A stretch of 64,000 nucleotides of DNA from Elusimicrobiota bacterium (GCA_027319565.1 DAHVNA010000001.1:159886-223885); one strand, 5' to 3'. Shown: positions 40,239 to 51,938, counted from the stretch's first letter. Numbers and translations: made by a program. Notes: generated by a model not told the origin, from the letters alone.

Positions 40239-41951
40239 ATGAGCGAACATAAGACCAGTTTCCTGAAAAAATACGTTTTTTCCACGGACCACAAGATCAT
40301 CGCGCTTCAGTATATGTTTACTTCTCTTTTCGCGCTTTTAATCGGATTTTTCTTTGTCTTAATCATGCGTTGGGAACTGGCTTTCCCGATGCATCCGATT
40401 CCTCTTTTGGGCCGGCTTTTGTCGGCCAAGCTCGCTCCCAATGGCGTGATGTCGCCAGAGCTTTATAACATGCTTGGGGCCATGCACGGCACCGCGATGA
40501 TCTTCTTGGGAATCGCGCCCTTGGGTTTTGCCGCATTCGGAAATTACGTCCTTCCGCTTCAAGTCGGGGCTCCGGATATGGCCTTTCCAAAGATTAACAT
40601 GTTCTCTTATTGGTCTTTCGTCATTGGTTGCTTAATTTTAGCTTCTTCCTTTTTTCTCCCCAGCGGTCCGCTTCAATCGGGGTGGACGGCTTATCCGCCG
40701 CTTTCCGAGATTACGCGCGGGACGACGATCTGGATTCTGGCGATGGTTTTCATTATCACCTCATCTCTTTTGGGCGCCATCAATTTTATTGTCACCGGGC
40801 TGAATATGCGGGCTCCGGGCTTGACCTTGGGCCGCCTGCCGATTTTTGTCTGGGCGCAGCTGGTCACTTCCGCGATTATTTTGCTGGCGTTTCCGCCGGT
40901 TGAAGCGGGGGCGATTCTTCTTTTGATGGATTGCGTGGCCCACACCAGTTTTTATTTGCCGCAGGGACTGGTGGTTTTGGGCCATGCCTCGGGCGCGGCC
41001 GGTGGCGGACAGCCGATTCTTTGGCAGCATCTGTTTTGGTTTTTAGGGCATCCCGAGGTCTATGTGCTTCTTCTTCCGGCGATTGGAATCATAGCTGAAA
41101 TCATCGCCAATAATTCCCGCAAACCCCTGTACGGATATAAAGCGATGGTGGGCTCTCTTTTAACGATTCTCATTTTGTCTTTTATCGTTTGGGCGCATCA
41201 CCTTTATATTAGCGGTATGAGCCCGTTTTTGTCGGACTTCTTCGCGATCACGACCTTGGCGATTTCAGTGCCCTCGGTCATTCTTTTAACGTGCCTAGTC
41301 TTTAGCCTTCAGGGAGGCTCTATTCGCTTTACGACTCCGATGTTGTTCGCGCTCTCATTCTTGCCGCTTTTCGGAATCGGAGGACTGACCGGAATCCCCT
41401 TGGGGGTTACCGTCACCGATATTTATCTTCACGACACTTATTATGTCATCGGACATTTCCACTATGTCGTGGTCGCGGGAATTTTAATGGCCCTTTTTGG
41501 CGGGATTTATTTTTGGTTTCCCAAATGGTTCGGGCGCAAAATGGATGAGACGCTCGGAAAAATCCATTTCTGGGGAACGGTCATCGGGATTAACGGGACG
41601 TTTTTTCCGATGTTTATCTTAGGGCTTGCCGGGCAATCCCGCAGATTGTGGGATCCCTTGGCGCAGGCGCATAACGTTCCTTGGCAAAAATGGCATGTCG
41701 TCAGCTCTGTTTTTGCCGGAATTCTGCTTCTGGCCCAAATTCCGTTTATTTACAATTTCTTCCGCAGCATCTTTAAAGGGGAGCGGGTTTCCGATAATCC
41801 CTGGGAAGCGACGACCTTGGATTGGGCTTGCCCGTCTCCGCCGCCGCATGGAAACTTTGTCAATCCTGTTTGTGCCTATCGCGGTCCCTACGAATATTCG
41901 CCGCCCAATCATCGAGACGGTTGGGTTCCTCAAAACGCGGAAGCGGCGTAA
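40239..41951 (+). CDS. coxA: Heme-copper oxidase subunit I, A1-type motif
   Basis: MHG, GAPDMAFP, GHPEVY, WAHH, HDTYY..GHFHY, RR; GAGG RBS before ATG 40239. Confidence 0.95.
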   Translation: MSEHKTSFLKKYVFSTDHKIIALQYMFTSLFALLIGFFFVLIMRWELAFPMHPIPLLGRLLSAKLAPNGVMSPELYNMLGAMHGTAMIFLGIAPLGFAAFGNYVLPLQVGAPDMAFPKINMFSYWSFVIGCLILASSFFLPSGPLQSGWTAYPPLSEITRGTTIWILAMVFIITSSLLGAINFIVTGLNMRAPGLTLGRLPIFVWAQLVTSAIILLAFPPVEAGAILLLMDCVAHTSFYLPQGLVVLGHASGAAGGGQPILWQHLFWFLGHPEVYVLLLPAIGIIAEIIANNSRKPLYGYKAMVGSLLTILILSFIVWAHHLYISGMSPFLSDFFAITTLAISVPSVILLTCLVFSLQGGSIRFTTPMLFALSFLPLFGIGGLTGIPLGVTVTDIYLHDTYYVIGHFHYVVVAGILMALFGGIYFWFPKWFGRKMDETLGKIHFWGTVIGINGTFFPMFILGLAGQSRRLWDPLAQAHNVPWQKWHVVSSVFAGILLLAQIPFIYNFFRSIFKGERVSDNPWEATTLDWACPSPPPHGNFVNPVCAYRGPYEYSPPNHRDGWVPQNAEAA

Positions 41952-42012
41952 CGAACCCGAAACGGGAGCTTTTTGAATTAAATTTGTAACACCCGCCTGT
42001 TAAATTCTGGGT

Positions 42013-43743
42013 ATGGATGAGCCCAGGTCTTTGCAGGATATCGAGTCCATTCAAAGCCTCGACACCGCGCGTTTGGCTTTGAGATGGGCCCTGGAAAAAA
42101 TTCAATCTCTTGAAAAAGACAAAGCCGGGCTTTCCGAAAAAGCCGAAGCGGCGGAAAATGCGCGCGAAAAAACCCAGGAAAATTTAATCTCCCTTCAAAA
42201 GACAATCGGCCTTAAAAATGCCGAGTCAACCCAGCGCGAACTCTATTACGCGAAACTTGAAGAGTATCTATCTTTGAAGCTGGACGGGAAACTGGATGTC
42301 GCCTTGCTCGCGAAAAAAGAATTGGAAGTGTCCCAGCTTCAAGAGATGCTTTCTCAAAAGCAGCTTCATCTCGAGAAAGATTTCGCGGCGAGAAAAGAGG
42401 CCTTGGAGCGCGATTTTAACCGCCTGAGAAGCGAGCTGGAAACTGAAACCCGGGAAAAAATGCGCCGCTCGGAAGCGACGCTAGAGGCGCGGCGCGCGGC
42501 CATTGAAGAAGAATTCCTTTCTAAAAACGCGCAACTGGCCGACCGAAAGGCCCAAATAGAGGCGGAATCGAAAAATCTAGAGGGAAGAAAAAATCATTTT
42601 GAGAGTTATTACAAGGAAGAGAGAGCCCATCTTCAAGCGGCGCTTAAGGGCTTTCGAGATGAAATCAAGGAAGAAGTGGCTTTGCGCGTTCAGATGGCTG
42701 AACGCATTCTGGAAGAGAGAAGAGAATCTCTCGAAAAAGTTTATTCCGAAGAGCGCGCGCTTTTAATTCGCGAGATAGAAAATTGGCGTTCCAAGGTCAA
42801 GGAGTTAGGGCCTAAAAATATAGATTTAGAAAAACTCTTGGCCCTGGCTGAAGACAAAAATTTGCAGGTTCAGGCCAGTTTAGACCGGATTGTCGTCGCG
42901 CGGGAAGCGGAGAGAAGCGCTTATCAAGCCGACAAGGAAGGACTATTGAAAGATTCGGAAATGTGGCGCAAGCAGGCTTTAGAGCTTTTGGAGGAATCTC
43001 AAAATCTTAAGGCGAAATTAAGCGAGGCCCAAACCCGTTCTGAAATCTCAGAAAAGGAAATCGAAAATTTAAGGGGCCGAATTCAAATTTTGACGGAAGA
43101 GTTCTCTTCAAGCCGAAAGAGAAACGAAGAGCTTTGGAAAAAATCCGTCGCGCTCCAAAATTCCTTGACCGAAGCTCTTGAGCGCTCGGAAATGCTCGAA
43201 GAGCGCGGAAAATCAAATGAAGCGCGGATGAAAAAAGAGCTCAACGACTTTGTTGCAAGGCATGAGGCCCTCAGCGCGGAGTTTAAGGAAACCCGGTCTC
43301 TCAGCGCTTCTCAGATGGACCGATTGATACAACTTGAAAAAGAGCTTTCCCAGGCCCGAGAAGCGGCAATGGCGGCGGATTTAAAGCTTGCCGGGGCGCA
43401 AAAAGAAATTGAGATTCTTAAAAACGAGCGACAGGCCGCTGTCGAAGAAGTGGGAAAATTAAGAAAAGAAATCGAATCGGCGATGATTCAAAATTTGTCT
43501 CTGGAAAGAAATCTCTCCGAGCTTGAACAGAAACTGAGGAAAGAAGAGAATACTCTGGAGATTGAAAGCGGACAATTTAATCACGAAAAAGAAATGTGGA
43601 ATAAAGAGCGGGAAATTTTAGAAGCGCGTCTTAAGAGTTACCATGACAAACTCGAAGTTCGCGTCAAAGCTGAGGTCTCAAAGACCTTGGAATCTTCCTC
43701 TGATCCCTCCGGCGGTCTGTGGCCCCCTGTCCAATGGCGTTGA
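42013..43743 (+). CDS. Long coiled-coil hypothetical protein
   Basis: E/K/L/R-rich heptads over more than 500 aa; no Walker motif. Confidence 0.75.
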   Translation: MDEPRSLQDIESIQSLDTARLALRWALEKIQSLEKDKAGLSEKAEAAENAREKTQENLISLQKTIGLKNAESTQRELYYAKLEEYLSLKLDGKLDVALLAKKELEVSQLQEMLSQKQLHLEKDFAARKEALERDFNRLRSELETETREKMRRSEATLEARRAAIEEEFLSKNAQLADRKAQIEAESKNLEGRKNHFESYYKEERAHLQAALKGFRDEIKEEVALRVQMAERILEERRESLEKVYSEERALLIREIENWRSKVKELGPKNIDLEKLLALAEDKNLQVQASLDRIVVAREAERSAYQADKEGLLKDSEMWRKQALELLEESQNLKAKLSEAQTRSEISEKEIENLRGRIQILTEEFSSSRKRNEELWKKSVALQNSLTEALERSEMLEERGKSNEARMKKELNDFVARHEALSAEFKETRSLSASQMDRLIQLEKELSQAREAAMAADLKLAGAQKEIEILKNERQAAVEEVGKLRKEIESAMIQNLSLERNLSELEQKLRKEENTLEIESGQFNHEKEMWNKEREILEARLKSYHDKLEVRVKAEVSKTLESSSDPSGGLWPPVQWR

Positions 43744-43783
43744 TGCGTAGAAGCAAGGTGTTTGGTAAAATAATAAGAACAAT

Positions 43784-44854
43784 ATGGAAATTGGAATCGT
43801 GGGCCTTCCCAATGTCGGAAAATCTACTCTCTTTAACGCCTTGACCTCGGCCAACGCCCAGGCTTCCAATTATCCCTTTACCACGATCGAGCCTAACGTT
43901 GGGATCGTTGCGGTTCCAGATGTTCGTCTTAAACGCCTTGCCGGAATTTTCAACCCGAAAAAGACGACTCCGGCTTCGGTTCGCTTCGTTGATATCGCCG
44001 GTTTGGTCAAAGGCGCGGCTTCCGGAGAGGGCTTGGGAAATAAATTTCTGTCGCATATCCGGGAGGTGGACGCGATCTTGATGGTGGTTCGCCTCTTTAA
44101 AGATCCCGATGTGACTCATGTCATGGGCGAAGTCGATCCGGAACGGGATGTTTCCGTCATTGAGACGGAGCTTATCTTGGCGGATTTAGCCAGTCTTGAA
44201 AAACAAAAAGATAAACTTTTCGGAAAAGCGAAGTCCGGAGACAAGGAAAGCCGGGAAATGCTTGAGTCTCTTGAAGCGGTCAAGGCGGTTTTAGATTCCG
44301 GCCGTCCCGCGCGGAGTTGCGAGATAAACCCTAAAACGTTGGCGAGTTTTTCGTTGTTGACCTCAAAGCCCGTTTTGTTTGTCGGCAATACCGATGAAAC
44401 TCCCGATCCGGCCTTGGTCGCGAAATTTGAAGAGCTCGCGAAAAAGCGCGGGGCCGGGGCGTTAACCTTGTGCTCCAAAATTGAATCCGAGATTGCCCAG
44501 CTCAATTCCGAAGAAAGAGAAGCGTTTCTCGGCGAAATGGGAATTAAAACCACCGGGCTTGAGCGGGTGATTCTTGCCGCCTATCAAATCTTGGGATTGT
44601 GCAGTTATTTTACCGCCGGGGAAGACGAGGTTCGGGCCTGGACAATTCCAGTCGGCGCGAAAGCTCCGCAGGCGGCGGGCGTTATTCATTCTGATTTTGA
44701 AAAGGGCTTCATTCGCGCCGAGGTCTACTCGTTTAAGGATATCGCCACTCATCTTAAGGAATCGGTTCTTCGCGAAAAAGGCTTAATTCGCTCAGAGGGG
44801 AAAGATTATATTGTCAAAGACGGTGATGTCTGTTTTTTTAAATTCTCAAATTAA
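43784..44854 (+). CDS. ychF: Redox-regulated ATPase YchF
   Basis: GLPNVGKST, NYPFTTIEPN, DIAGLVKGA, FIRAEV, EGKDY. Confidence 0.97.
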   Translation: MEIGIVGLPNVGKSTLFNALTSANAQASNYPFTTIEPNVGIVAVPDVRLKRLAGIFNPKKTTPASVRFVDIAGLVKGAASGEGLGNKFLSHIREVDAILMVVRLFKDPDVTHVMGEVDPERDVSVIETELILADLASLEKQKDKLFGKAKSGDKESREMLESLEAVKAVLDSGRPARSCEINPKTLASFSLLTSKPVLFVGNTDETPDPALVAKFEELAKKRGAGALTLCSKIESEIAQLNSEEREAFLGEMGIKTTGLERVILAAYQILGLCSYFTAGEDEVRAWTIPVGAKAPQAAGVIHSDFEKGFIRAEVYSFKDIATHLKESVLREKGLIRSEGKDYIVKDGDVCFFKFSN

Positions 44855-45998
44855 GAGTTCGCCGCGCTGCGTTAATTTCGGGCATTGCGGCGGCTGCTCC
44901 TTGCAGGATCAGCCCTATTCCCAGCAGCTTGAAGGAAAACTGTCAAATCTCAAGGAGGCCTTTGCCACTTTAGGTCCGGTTCCTTCCGTTATCTATCCAT
45001 CCCCTTCGGAATGGTTCTACCGCAACAAGATGGAGTTTAGTTTTGGGACCGATGGGATCGGCTTGGCCTTGGGGCTCAAAGCTCGGGGGCAGTGGTCAAA
45101 AGTCCTTAATTTGAACGAATGCCACCTTTTGTCCGCTGAGACTCCGGCTCTTTTAAAATCCGTTCGCGACTGGGCCTTCAAGGAAAAACTTTCCGTTCAT
45201 GATCCGCGTTCGCATCAGGGCTTATTGAGGCATTTGGTTGTTCGCGAGTCCGGCGATAAAAAAGAGCGGATGGTTCTTCTGGTCAGTTCTTCGGAGAATT
45301 TTCCAAAAGAGTCTTTTGTCCGGGCCGTTTTGGACTCATATCCCGCCAGCGGCGTCTTGTGGGGAAAAAACGATCATTTATCCGATACCGCTTTTGTGGA
45401 AGAGCCGCAACTTCTTTGGGGAAAAAGCGCGATTGTTGAAACCCTTGAAACCGGGGAGAGAAAACTGCGGTACCAAATTTCTCCACAATCATTTTTTCAG
45501 TCAAATACTCGCGCCTCCGAAACCCTTCACGCTTTTATTCGCGAAAAAGTAAAGCTGGTTTCGCCTAAACTCATTGTCGACCTCTATTGCGGCCTCGGCG
45601 CGATTACCTTGTCTGTCGCCGACTTGTGCGATAAAGTTATCGGGCTTGAATCGGTTGAATCCGCGGTGTTGGATGCGCGCTTAAATGCGGAAATAAACGG
45701 AATCAAAAACGCTTCTTTCTATCACGGATTTGCCGAAATTATTTTGCCCGCTTTGCTCGCGATGGGGCCAGAGCTTTTGATTGTCGACCCTCCGCGCTCG
45801 GGCATTCACCCCAAGGCTCTTTCCATGATTGAAAAAGCGGAAATTCCGGCTCTTCTTTACGTTTCTTGTAATCCTAAAACTCTCGCGCGCGATCTGGCCC
45901 CGCTTTTGACCAGTTATAAAGCGCTTTCTTTTGCCGCCTTTGACTTTTTCCCTCAAACAGAACATGTTGAGACGGCCATTTTCCTCGCCCGGAGGTAA
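44826..45998 (+). CDS. rlmD: 23S rRNA (uracil-5)-methyltransferase (no TRAM domain)
   Basis: C..FG.CGGC, YRNKMEF, SFFQ.N, DLYCG.G, DPPR.G, YVSCNP, FPQT.HVE; start uncertain. Confidence 0.9.
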   Translation: MSVFLNSQIKSSPRCVNFGHCGGCSLQDQPYSQQLEGKLSNLKEAFATLGPVPSVIYPSPSEWFYRNKMEFSFGTDGIGLALGLKARGQWSKVLNLNECHLLSAETPALLKSVRDWAFKEKLSVHDPRSHQGLLRHLVVRESGDKKERMVLLVSSSENFPKESFVRAVLDSYPASGVLWGKNDHLSDTAFVEEPQLLWGKSAIVETLETGERKLRYQISPQSFFQSNTRASETLHAFIREKVKLVSPKLIVDLYCGLGAITLSVADLCDKVIGLESVESAVLDARLNAEINGIKNASFYHGFAEIILPALLAMGPELLIVDPPRSGIHPKALSMIEKAEIPALLYVSCNPKTLARDLAPLLTSYKALSFAAFDFFPQTEHVETAIFLARR

Positions 45999-46041
45999 TT
46001 TCGCCTTTAAAAATGCGATACTTTCTTAACAGCGCTTCGCG

Positions 46042-47142
46042 ATGAATAAAAAAACGCCCGCCGTCATCATCCTTGAAGATAAAAGCGTGTGGCCGGGGCT
46101 TTCCTGCGGGGCTTTGGGAGAAGCGGAAGGCGAATTTGTTTTTAACACCGCGATGACCGGCTATCAGGAAATTTTGACCGATCCCTCCTATAAAAATCAG
46201 ATCGTGGTCATGAGTTATCCCTTGATTGGCAATTACGGCATCATCCTCAAGGATAACGAGTCGGAGCGCCCGTTTTTGTCGGGTTTTGTCGTTGGAGAGC
46301 TGTGCCGAAACCCATCGAACTGGGAGATGTCGGAGACTCTTGAGTCTTTTTTAAAACGACATGCCATTGTCGCTATTGAAGGCGTCGACACGCGAGCCTT
46401 GATTTTGCATTTGAGAAACAAGGGCTCGTTAAGAGGAGTCATTTCAACCAATACCGCCGATATCGAACCCTTAAAGAAAAAAGCGAAAATGGTTTCTTTG
46501 ATGGTCGGCTCCGCGCTGGCGGGAGAGGTTTCCTGCCGAGAAAAATATGCGTGGAATTCTTCCGGAAAACTCCATGCTCTTGTTTATGATTTCGGGGTCA
46601 AGCGCGGGATTTTAAGGGCCTTGGCCCAGGAAGGCTTTCGCGTGACGGTGGTTCCGGCGCAAACTTCCGCTCAAGAGGCCTTGGCGTTGAACCCGGACGG
46701 GATTGTTTTATCCAACGGCCCCGGGGATCCCGAACCGCTTAAGGAAATTATCGAGGTGACTAAAGCCCTGATTGATTCTGGAAAACCGCTTTTGGGAATT
46801 TGTTTGGGGCATCAGATATTGGCCTTGGCCTTGGGGGGAAAAACCTATAAACTGAAATTCGGCCATCATGGTTCCAACCATCCAGTGATCGATGTCTCTT
46901 CCCGCGCGGTTGAAATTACCTCTCAAAATCACGGCTTTGCCGTTGACGCCGCGTCTTTGCCGCCATCTGTGTCGGTCACGCATTTAAGTCTCAATGACCA
47001 ATCTTGCGAGGGATTTTCGCATAAAGAGGCGCCGATATTTTCGCTTCAGTATCATCCCGAGGCTTCCGCTGGGCCTCACGACGCGCTCAAATATTTCCGG
47101 AATTTCAGGGAAATGGTGGGGAGAAAAGCCAGCCGGATTTGA
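46042..47142 (+). CDS. carA: Carbamoyl-phosphate synthase small subunit
   Basis: [30 protein letters not shown]. Confidence 0.97.
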   Translation: MNKKTPAVIILEDKSVWPGLSCGALGEAEGEFVFNTAMTGYQEILTDPSYKNQIVVMSYPLIGNYGIILKDNESERPFLSGFVVGELCRNPSNWEMSETLESFLKRHAIVAIEGVDTRALILHLRNKGSLRGVISTNTADIEPLKKKAKMVSLMVGSALAGEVSCREKYAWNSSGKLHALVYDFGVKRGILRALAQEGFRVTVVPAQTSAQEALALNPDGIVLSNGPGDPEPLKEIIEVTKALIDSGKPLLGICLGHQILALALGGKTYKLKFGHHGSNHPVIDVSSRAVEITSQNHGFAVDAASLPPSVSVTHLSLNDQSCEGFSHKEAPIFSLQYHPEASAGPHDALKYFRNFREMVGRKASRI

Positions 47143-47144
47143 TT

Positions 47145-50100
47145 ATGCCTAAGAGAGAAGATTTAAAGACGATACTCGTGATCGGCTCTGGCCCTATCGT
47201 CATTGGTCAGGCGTGCGAATTTGACTATTCCGGAACCCAGGGAATCGAGGTCTTAAGGCGCGAGGGCTATCGGATTATTTTGGCCAATTCCAATCCCGCG
47301 ACTATTATGACCGATGCCGAGCTTTCGGACCGGACCTATATCGAGCCGCTCACTCCGGAATACTTGGCCCATATTATCGAGAGAGAAAGACCCGAGGGCC
47401 TTTTGCCCACCTTGGGCGGACAGACGGCTCTCAATCTGGCCGTGGCCTTAAGCTCGCGCGGAGTTTTAAGCCAATTTTCAGTCGAGCTTTTGGGCGCGAA
47501 TCTCGAGACCATTCGCAAGGCCGAAGACCGCGAGCTCTTTAAAAAGACGATGGAGTCTATCGGAATCTCCGTTCCCAAAGGCGTTTCGGTCAGCGAGTCC
47601 TCCGAGATTCGCGCGATCGCCCGCGATCTCGGCTTTCCGCTGATCGTTCGCCCGTCTTTTACCTTGGGGGGAACCGGCGGCGGCATCGCCTATAACTTGG
47701 AAGATTTGCGCCAGAAAGTTCATTCCGCGCTTGAGGCCAGCCCCATCCGGAAAGTTCTTCTTGAGGAATCCGTTTTAGGATGGAAGGAATTTGAGCTTGA
47801 GGTCATGCGGGACCGAAAGGACAATTTTGTGGTCGTCTGTTCCATCGAGAATTTAGATCCCATGGGAATTCATACCGGAGATTCCATTACGGTCGCTCCG
47901 GCGCAGACTTTAAGCGACCGGCAATATCAAGAGATGAGAGATTCCGCGAGAAAGATCGTTTCGGCCATTGGAGTCGATACCGGCGGCTGTAATATTCAGT
48001 TTGCCGTTCATCCCAAGACCGGGCGCATGGTGGCAATCGAGATTAACCCGCGCGTGTCCCGCAGTTCCGCTTTGGCATCGAAGGCCACCGGTTTTCCCAT
48101 CGCTAAAATCGCGGCCCTTTTAGCCGTCGGTTATACCTTGGATGAAATTCCCAATGCCATTACCAAGGCGACTCCCGCCTCTTTTGAGCCTTCGATCGAT
48201 TATGTGGTGACTAAAATTCCGCGCTTTGCTTCGGAAAAATTCGGAGATTTCCCGCTTGATACCGCGATGAAATCGGTGGGAGAAACGATGGCGATTGGGC
48301 GCACGTTTAAAGAATCATTTCAAAAAGCCTTGCGGGGCCTTGAGCTTTCCTCTCGCAGCTTGCCGGCTTTAAATAAACCGGAAAATCCACAGGAGTGGAT
48401 GAAGATTCTCTCCTTGCCGTCTTCTTCTCGAATCTTTTGGCTTAGGACCGCCTTGAGAAGCGGGCTTGCGCTTGAGGATATCGCTTCATGGACTTCCATT
48501 GATCCCTGGTTTATCCACCAAATCAAGGAATTGACGGATTTTGAAGAAGCCTTAAAGGATGAAAAATTAACTCCTGAGGTTTTGCTGGAATCTAAGCGTC
48601 TTGGTTTTTCCGATGCCGATATCGCCCGGATTAAAAAAACGACCGAACAATCAATCCGGAATTTAAGAAAAAAATGGGGCGTAAAACCTTCTTACAAGAT
48701 TGTCGATTCTTGCGCCGGGGAATTTCCCTCAACGACTCCATATGCCTATTCCACCTATTTGCCTCATGGCGATTTAAAGCCGTCGGCGAAGAAGAAAAAG
48801 ATTCTGGTCATCGGTTCCGGTCCCAACCGAATCGGGCAGGGAATTGAGTTTGACTATTGCTGCGTACAGGCCTTGAACGCCTTGAGGCAATCGGGCTTTG
48901 AGGCCTTGATGGTCAATTCAAATCCGGAAACCGTCTCAACCGATTACGATCATGCCGATCGCCTGTATTTCGAGCCCTTGGCCCTTGAAAATGTGCTTGA
49001 GGTCATCGATTTTGAGCGTCCGCAAGGGGTGATTGTTCAATTTGGCGGACAAACCCCGCTTAATTTGGCTCAAGGCCTTGAGGCCGCGGGAGCCAAAATT
49101 TTAGGGACTTCCGTTGCCTCCATTAACCGCTCCGAAGACCGCAAACTTTTCGCGCAGATATTAAAACGGCTTAAAATCCCCGCGCCGGCCCATGGAACGG
49201 CTCGGAATTCAAGAGAGGCGCTCAAAGCCGCTTTAAAAATCGGGTTTCCCGTGATGATTCGTCCGAGTTTTGTCTTGGGCGGGCTGTCGATGGCGATTTT
49301 AGATGACGAGAAGAGTCTTCGACGATATCTCGCCGAAAATCCCTTGGCCGAGGGCGCGGAACTTTTTATCGACCGCTTTTTATCGGATGCGACCGAAGTG
49401 GATGTGGACGCGGTTTCAGACGGCGCAGATGTCTATATCGCCGGAATTATGGAGCATATCGAAGAGGCCGGCATTCATTCGGGAGATTCCGCCTGTACCT
49501 TGCCGCCGCGCTCTTTAAGTCCGGCGCTTCTCGCAACCATTTCAGCCTATACCCGGAAAATTACCCGCGCCTTGAAAGTTCGGGGTCTCATCAACATTCA
49601 GTTTGCCGTTAAAGACGGGGTGGTGTATGTCATCGAAGCCAATCCTCGCGCTTCTCGAACCATTCCGTTTTTAAGCAAGGCTACGGGAATTTCACTCGCT
49701 CAAATCGCGACAAAAACTCTTTTGGGAATGAGACTTAAACAATTGTTGCCGAAGGCTCTTCTTAAAAATTCTCCGCCGGAACTTCCCTTTGCCGCTACTA
49801 AAGAAGTGGTTCTTCCGTTTATCAAGTTTCCCGGCATTGACCCGCGCCTAGGCCCGGAGATGAAATCGACCGGGGAAGTGATGGGGCTTGACTCGGACTT
49901 TCCCCGCTCTTTTGTCAAATCCCAGGAAGCCAGCGGAATTTTGATTCCCAAAGGCGGCGCGGTTTTTATCAGCGTCAGGGACGAAGACAAGTTTCAAATA
50001 CTGGCGACCGCCCAGGCGCTTAAGGGAATGGGGTTTTCCTTGATCGCGACCCCCGGCACTCATTCTTTTCTTTTGCGCCACGGCATTGAAAGCGCCCGCA

Positions 50101-50369
50101 TCGCTAAAATTGGGGATGGAAAGCCCGATGTGGTCGACCTTTTAAAGCAAAGAAATGTCACCTTGGCCATTAACACCCCTTCCAGCCAGCGCTCTCGCTC
50201 GGATGGATACGCGATTCGCAGAACCGCTCTTGAATTTAACATTCCTTGCGTGACCAATATCAGAAGCTGCCAGGCCTTGGTTGGCGCTATCGCCAGTTCC
50301 CGCGAATCGGCTCCAAAGGTCAAGGCCCTTCAGGATTACTACCAAGAATTGGCGTATTTGGCGCGTTGA
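47145..50369 (+). CDS. carB: Carbamoyl-phosphate synthase large subunit
   Basis: [22 protein letters not shown], duplicated ATP-grasp domains, MGS domain. Confidence 0.98.
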   Translation: MPKREDLKTILVIGSGPIVIGQACEFDYSGTQGIEVLRREGYRIILANSNPATIMTDAELSDRTYIEPLTPEYLAHIIERERPEGLLPTLGGQTALNLAVALSSRGVLSQFSVELLGANLETIRKAEDRELFKKTMESIGISVPKGVSVSESSEIRAIARDLGFPLIVRPSFTLGGTGGGIAYNLEDLRQKVHSALEASPIRKVLLEESVLGWKEFELEVMRDRKDNFVVVCSIENLDPMGIHTGDSITVAPAQTLSDRQYQEMRDSARKIVSAIGVDTGGCNIQFAVHPKTGRMVAIEINPRVSRSSALASKATGFPIAKIAALLAVGYTLDEIPNAITKATPASFEPSIDYVVTKIPRFASEKFGDFPLDTAMKSVGETMAIGRTFKESFQKALRGLELSSRSLPALNKPENPQEWMKILSLPSSSRIFWLRTALRSGLALEDIASWTSIDPWFIHQIKELTDFEEALKDEKLTPEVLLESKRLGFSDADIARIKKTTEQSIRNLRKKWGVKPSYKIVDSCAGEFPSTTPYAYSTYLPHGDLKPSAKKKKILVIGSGPNRIGQGIEFDYCCVQALNALRQSGFEALMVNSNPETVSTDYDHADRLYFEPLALENVLEVIDFERPQGVIVQFGGQTPLNLAQGLEAAGAKILGTSVASINRSEDRKLFAQILKRLKIPAPAHGTARNSREALKAALKIGFPVMIRPSFVLGGLSMAILDDEKSLRRYLAENPLAEGAELFIDRFLSDATEVDVDAVSDGADVYIAGIMEHIEEAGIHSGDSACTLPPRSLSPALLATISAYTRKITRALKVRGLINIQFAVKDGVVYVIEANPRASRTIPFLSKATGISLAQIATKTLLGMRLKQLLPKALLKNSPPELPFAATKEVVLPFIKFPGIDPRLGPEMKSTGEVMGLDSDFPRSFVKSQEASGILIPKGGAVFISVRDEDKFQILATAQALKGMGFSLIATPGTHSFLLRHGIESARIAKIGDGKPDVVDLLKQRNVTLAINTPSSQRSRSDGYAIRRTALEFNIPCVTNIRSCQALVGAIASSRESAPKVKALQDYYQELAYLAR

Positions 50370-50434
50370 TCCCAATCGTATTTCGCTTCCGCTTGACGTG
50401 GCGTGAATGTAGGGGCCAGAAATTTCGCGTTTGT

Positions 50435-50461
50435 CTGGATTGCGGCTTTCGCCGCAATGAC
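50435..50461. repeat. Half REP-like palindrome
   Basis: CTGGATTGCGGC-TTTC-GCCGCAATGAC, same CTGGAT...AATGAC end signature as the neighbouring repeats. Confidence 0.6.
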
Positions 50462-50481
50462 GGGAAAAATATTCGTCACTC

Positions 50482-50542
50482 CGGCAGGTCGTAAGCCGGG
50501 GTCCAGGAATTTTTGATGCTGGATTCCGGCAACAGCTGGAAT
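50482..50542. repeat. 61-bp direct repeat, copy 1 (REP-like)
   Basis: Identical to 51951-52011; preceded by GTCACTC. Confidence 0.92.
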
Positions 50543-50580
50543 AAATCTCCTGCGAGCGGTGTTATGGACAAATCACAGCT

Positions 50581-51738
50581 TCAAATTGAATAGAGCGTGA
50601 ACCCTCCGGCAAGGAAGAGTCCGCCGATACAAAGCTCAATGACCCAGAGTGGCCAGCCGCTGATCATCCATCCAAACAATATCATGAGGAGGCTTGATAT
50701 CCCGCTTTCTAGGGCGCTGGAGACCGATAAGACGGAGGCTCTAGCCGTTGAGGATGCTACTGTGCGATTCAACTCAATTCCCAAAATGACATTGAACGCG
50801 CCCCAAATAAATCTGAGAAAAATCACTAGCAACGCACAGGCGATTCCACCCGAAGAAAAGAAGCCAAGGGCCATGAAAGCGCAAAAAGCGAGTAATGGGG
50901 CAGTTGTGCTGAGGAATCCTCTATTGTTGCCGATCCGATCGGAGAACTTTGCTCCAAATCCAAACGCGAGTACTGCCAAGGCAAAGATAAGACCGAAGTA
51001 GCAGTCAGAAATCCCGGCAGACTTGAGGATTAAGGGAACTAGGAAAAGATAGGACGCATAGAACATTCCATTAATGAAAGCGGACACTACCAAGAATGCG
51101 GATATGGCGCGGGAATCCTCAATGAGTCGGCGCAAAAGCAGAAATATCTCTTGCTTTACTTTCCCATAGCGCCGCACAGACTCATAATCATGTTCTCTGA
51201 TCGTCGTAAGAAGCGCGATGGCCACAACGATACTGACGATTGTAAGTAAGAAAGGGAGATGCGTGTTCCTGCTAAAAGCGAAGCTGCCGATGATAAAGGC
51301 AACAAAAAGCGCATTCGAGCTCCAAAATGATATATCCCTAAGTGCTTGAGCAAACGTCGCCGCTCCGTCTTCAGCGATCAAATTGTCATGGAGGAAAGCT
51401 GTGAATGCCCCTGAATCGAAGGTTTCGGCCAACCCGAAAAGAACTTGTGCTGCTAAGAGAAGATGGTAATTAGTAGAGGATAGGAAGATGCTTAAGCTCA
51501 CTGTAGTCAACAGGAGGCTGATCATTACGGATGTCTTTCGGCCCATATGATCGGCAATGACTCCGGTTGGTATCTCGAAAATGAGCGCCGCGATTGTCTT
51601 CATTGAAAGCAGGTAGGCGATCTGAACCGGATTTTCGACGACTTGTTTAAGGTAAATCACAAGAATGGGGACATAGAACAGTGCGGTTTTGAATATAGAC
51701 AATGTTCGGAATTGAGATAACGATGATTGTCGCCTCAC
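50581..51738 (-). CDS. MFS transporter inside the repeat-flanked insert
   Basis: FEIPTG.IAD..GRK MFS motif A; SGA..A.L.D; about 12 TMs. Confidence 0.9.
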   Translation of the reverse strand: MRRQSSLSQFRTLSIFKTALFYVPILVIYLKQVVENPVQIAYLLSMKTIAALIFEIPTGVIADHMGRKTSVMISLLLTTVSLSIFLSSTNYHLLLAAQVLFGLAETFDSGAFTAFLHDNLIAEDGAATFAQALRDISFWSSNALFVAFIIGSFAFSRNTHLPFLLTIVSIVVAIALLTTIREHDYESVRRYGKVKQEIFLLLRRLIEDSRAISAFLVVSAFINGMFYASYLFLVPLILKSAGISDCYFGLIFALAVLAFGFGAKFSDRIGNNRGFLSTTAPLLAFCAFMALGFFSSGGIACALLVIFLRFIWGAFNVILGIELNRTVASSTARASVLSVSSALESGISSLLMILFGWMISGWPLWVIELCIGGLFLAGGFTLYSI

Positions 51739-51938
51739 CGGACCACCAGGAACAGGTGGCGATTGCGTTCGAGAGACATAGTCATCTGCTTATACATTGA
51801 GCGCGCCGTGACGTTCCCCCATTTTTTAAGCCAAGGTGAATCGGTTATTTTGAGGTTAATATTATTTAGCATTGTCGTGTGTTGTTGGGCAAACTTTGGG
51901 TCGTTATCAACCCTAGCCCAACTTCCGCGCTGGGACAC
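51735..51938 (-). pseudogene. Probable C-terminal fragment of an upstream gene in the insert
   Basis: TGA overlaps the MFS GTG (GTGA coupling); 5' end lies 12 nt from the repeat with no RBS. Confidence 0.4.

Noticed and set aside
42013..43743. SMC/MukB-type ATPase
   Set aside because: No Walker A/B, hinge or signature motif
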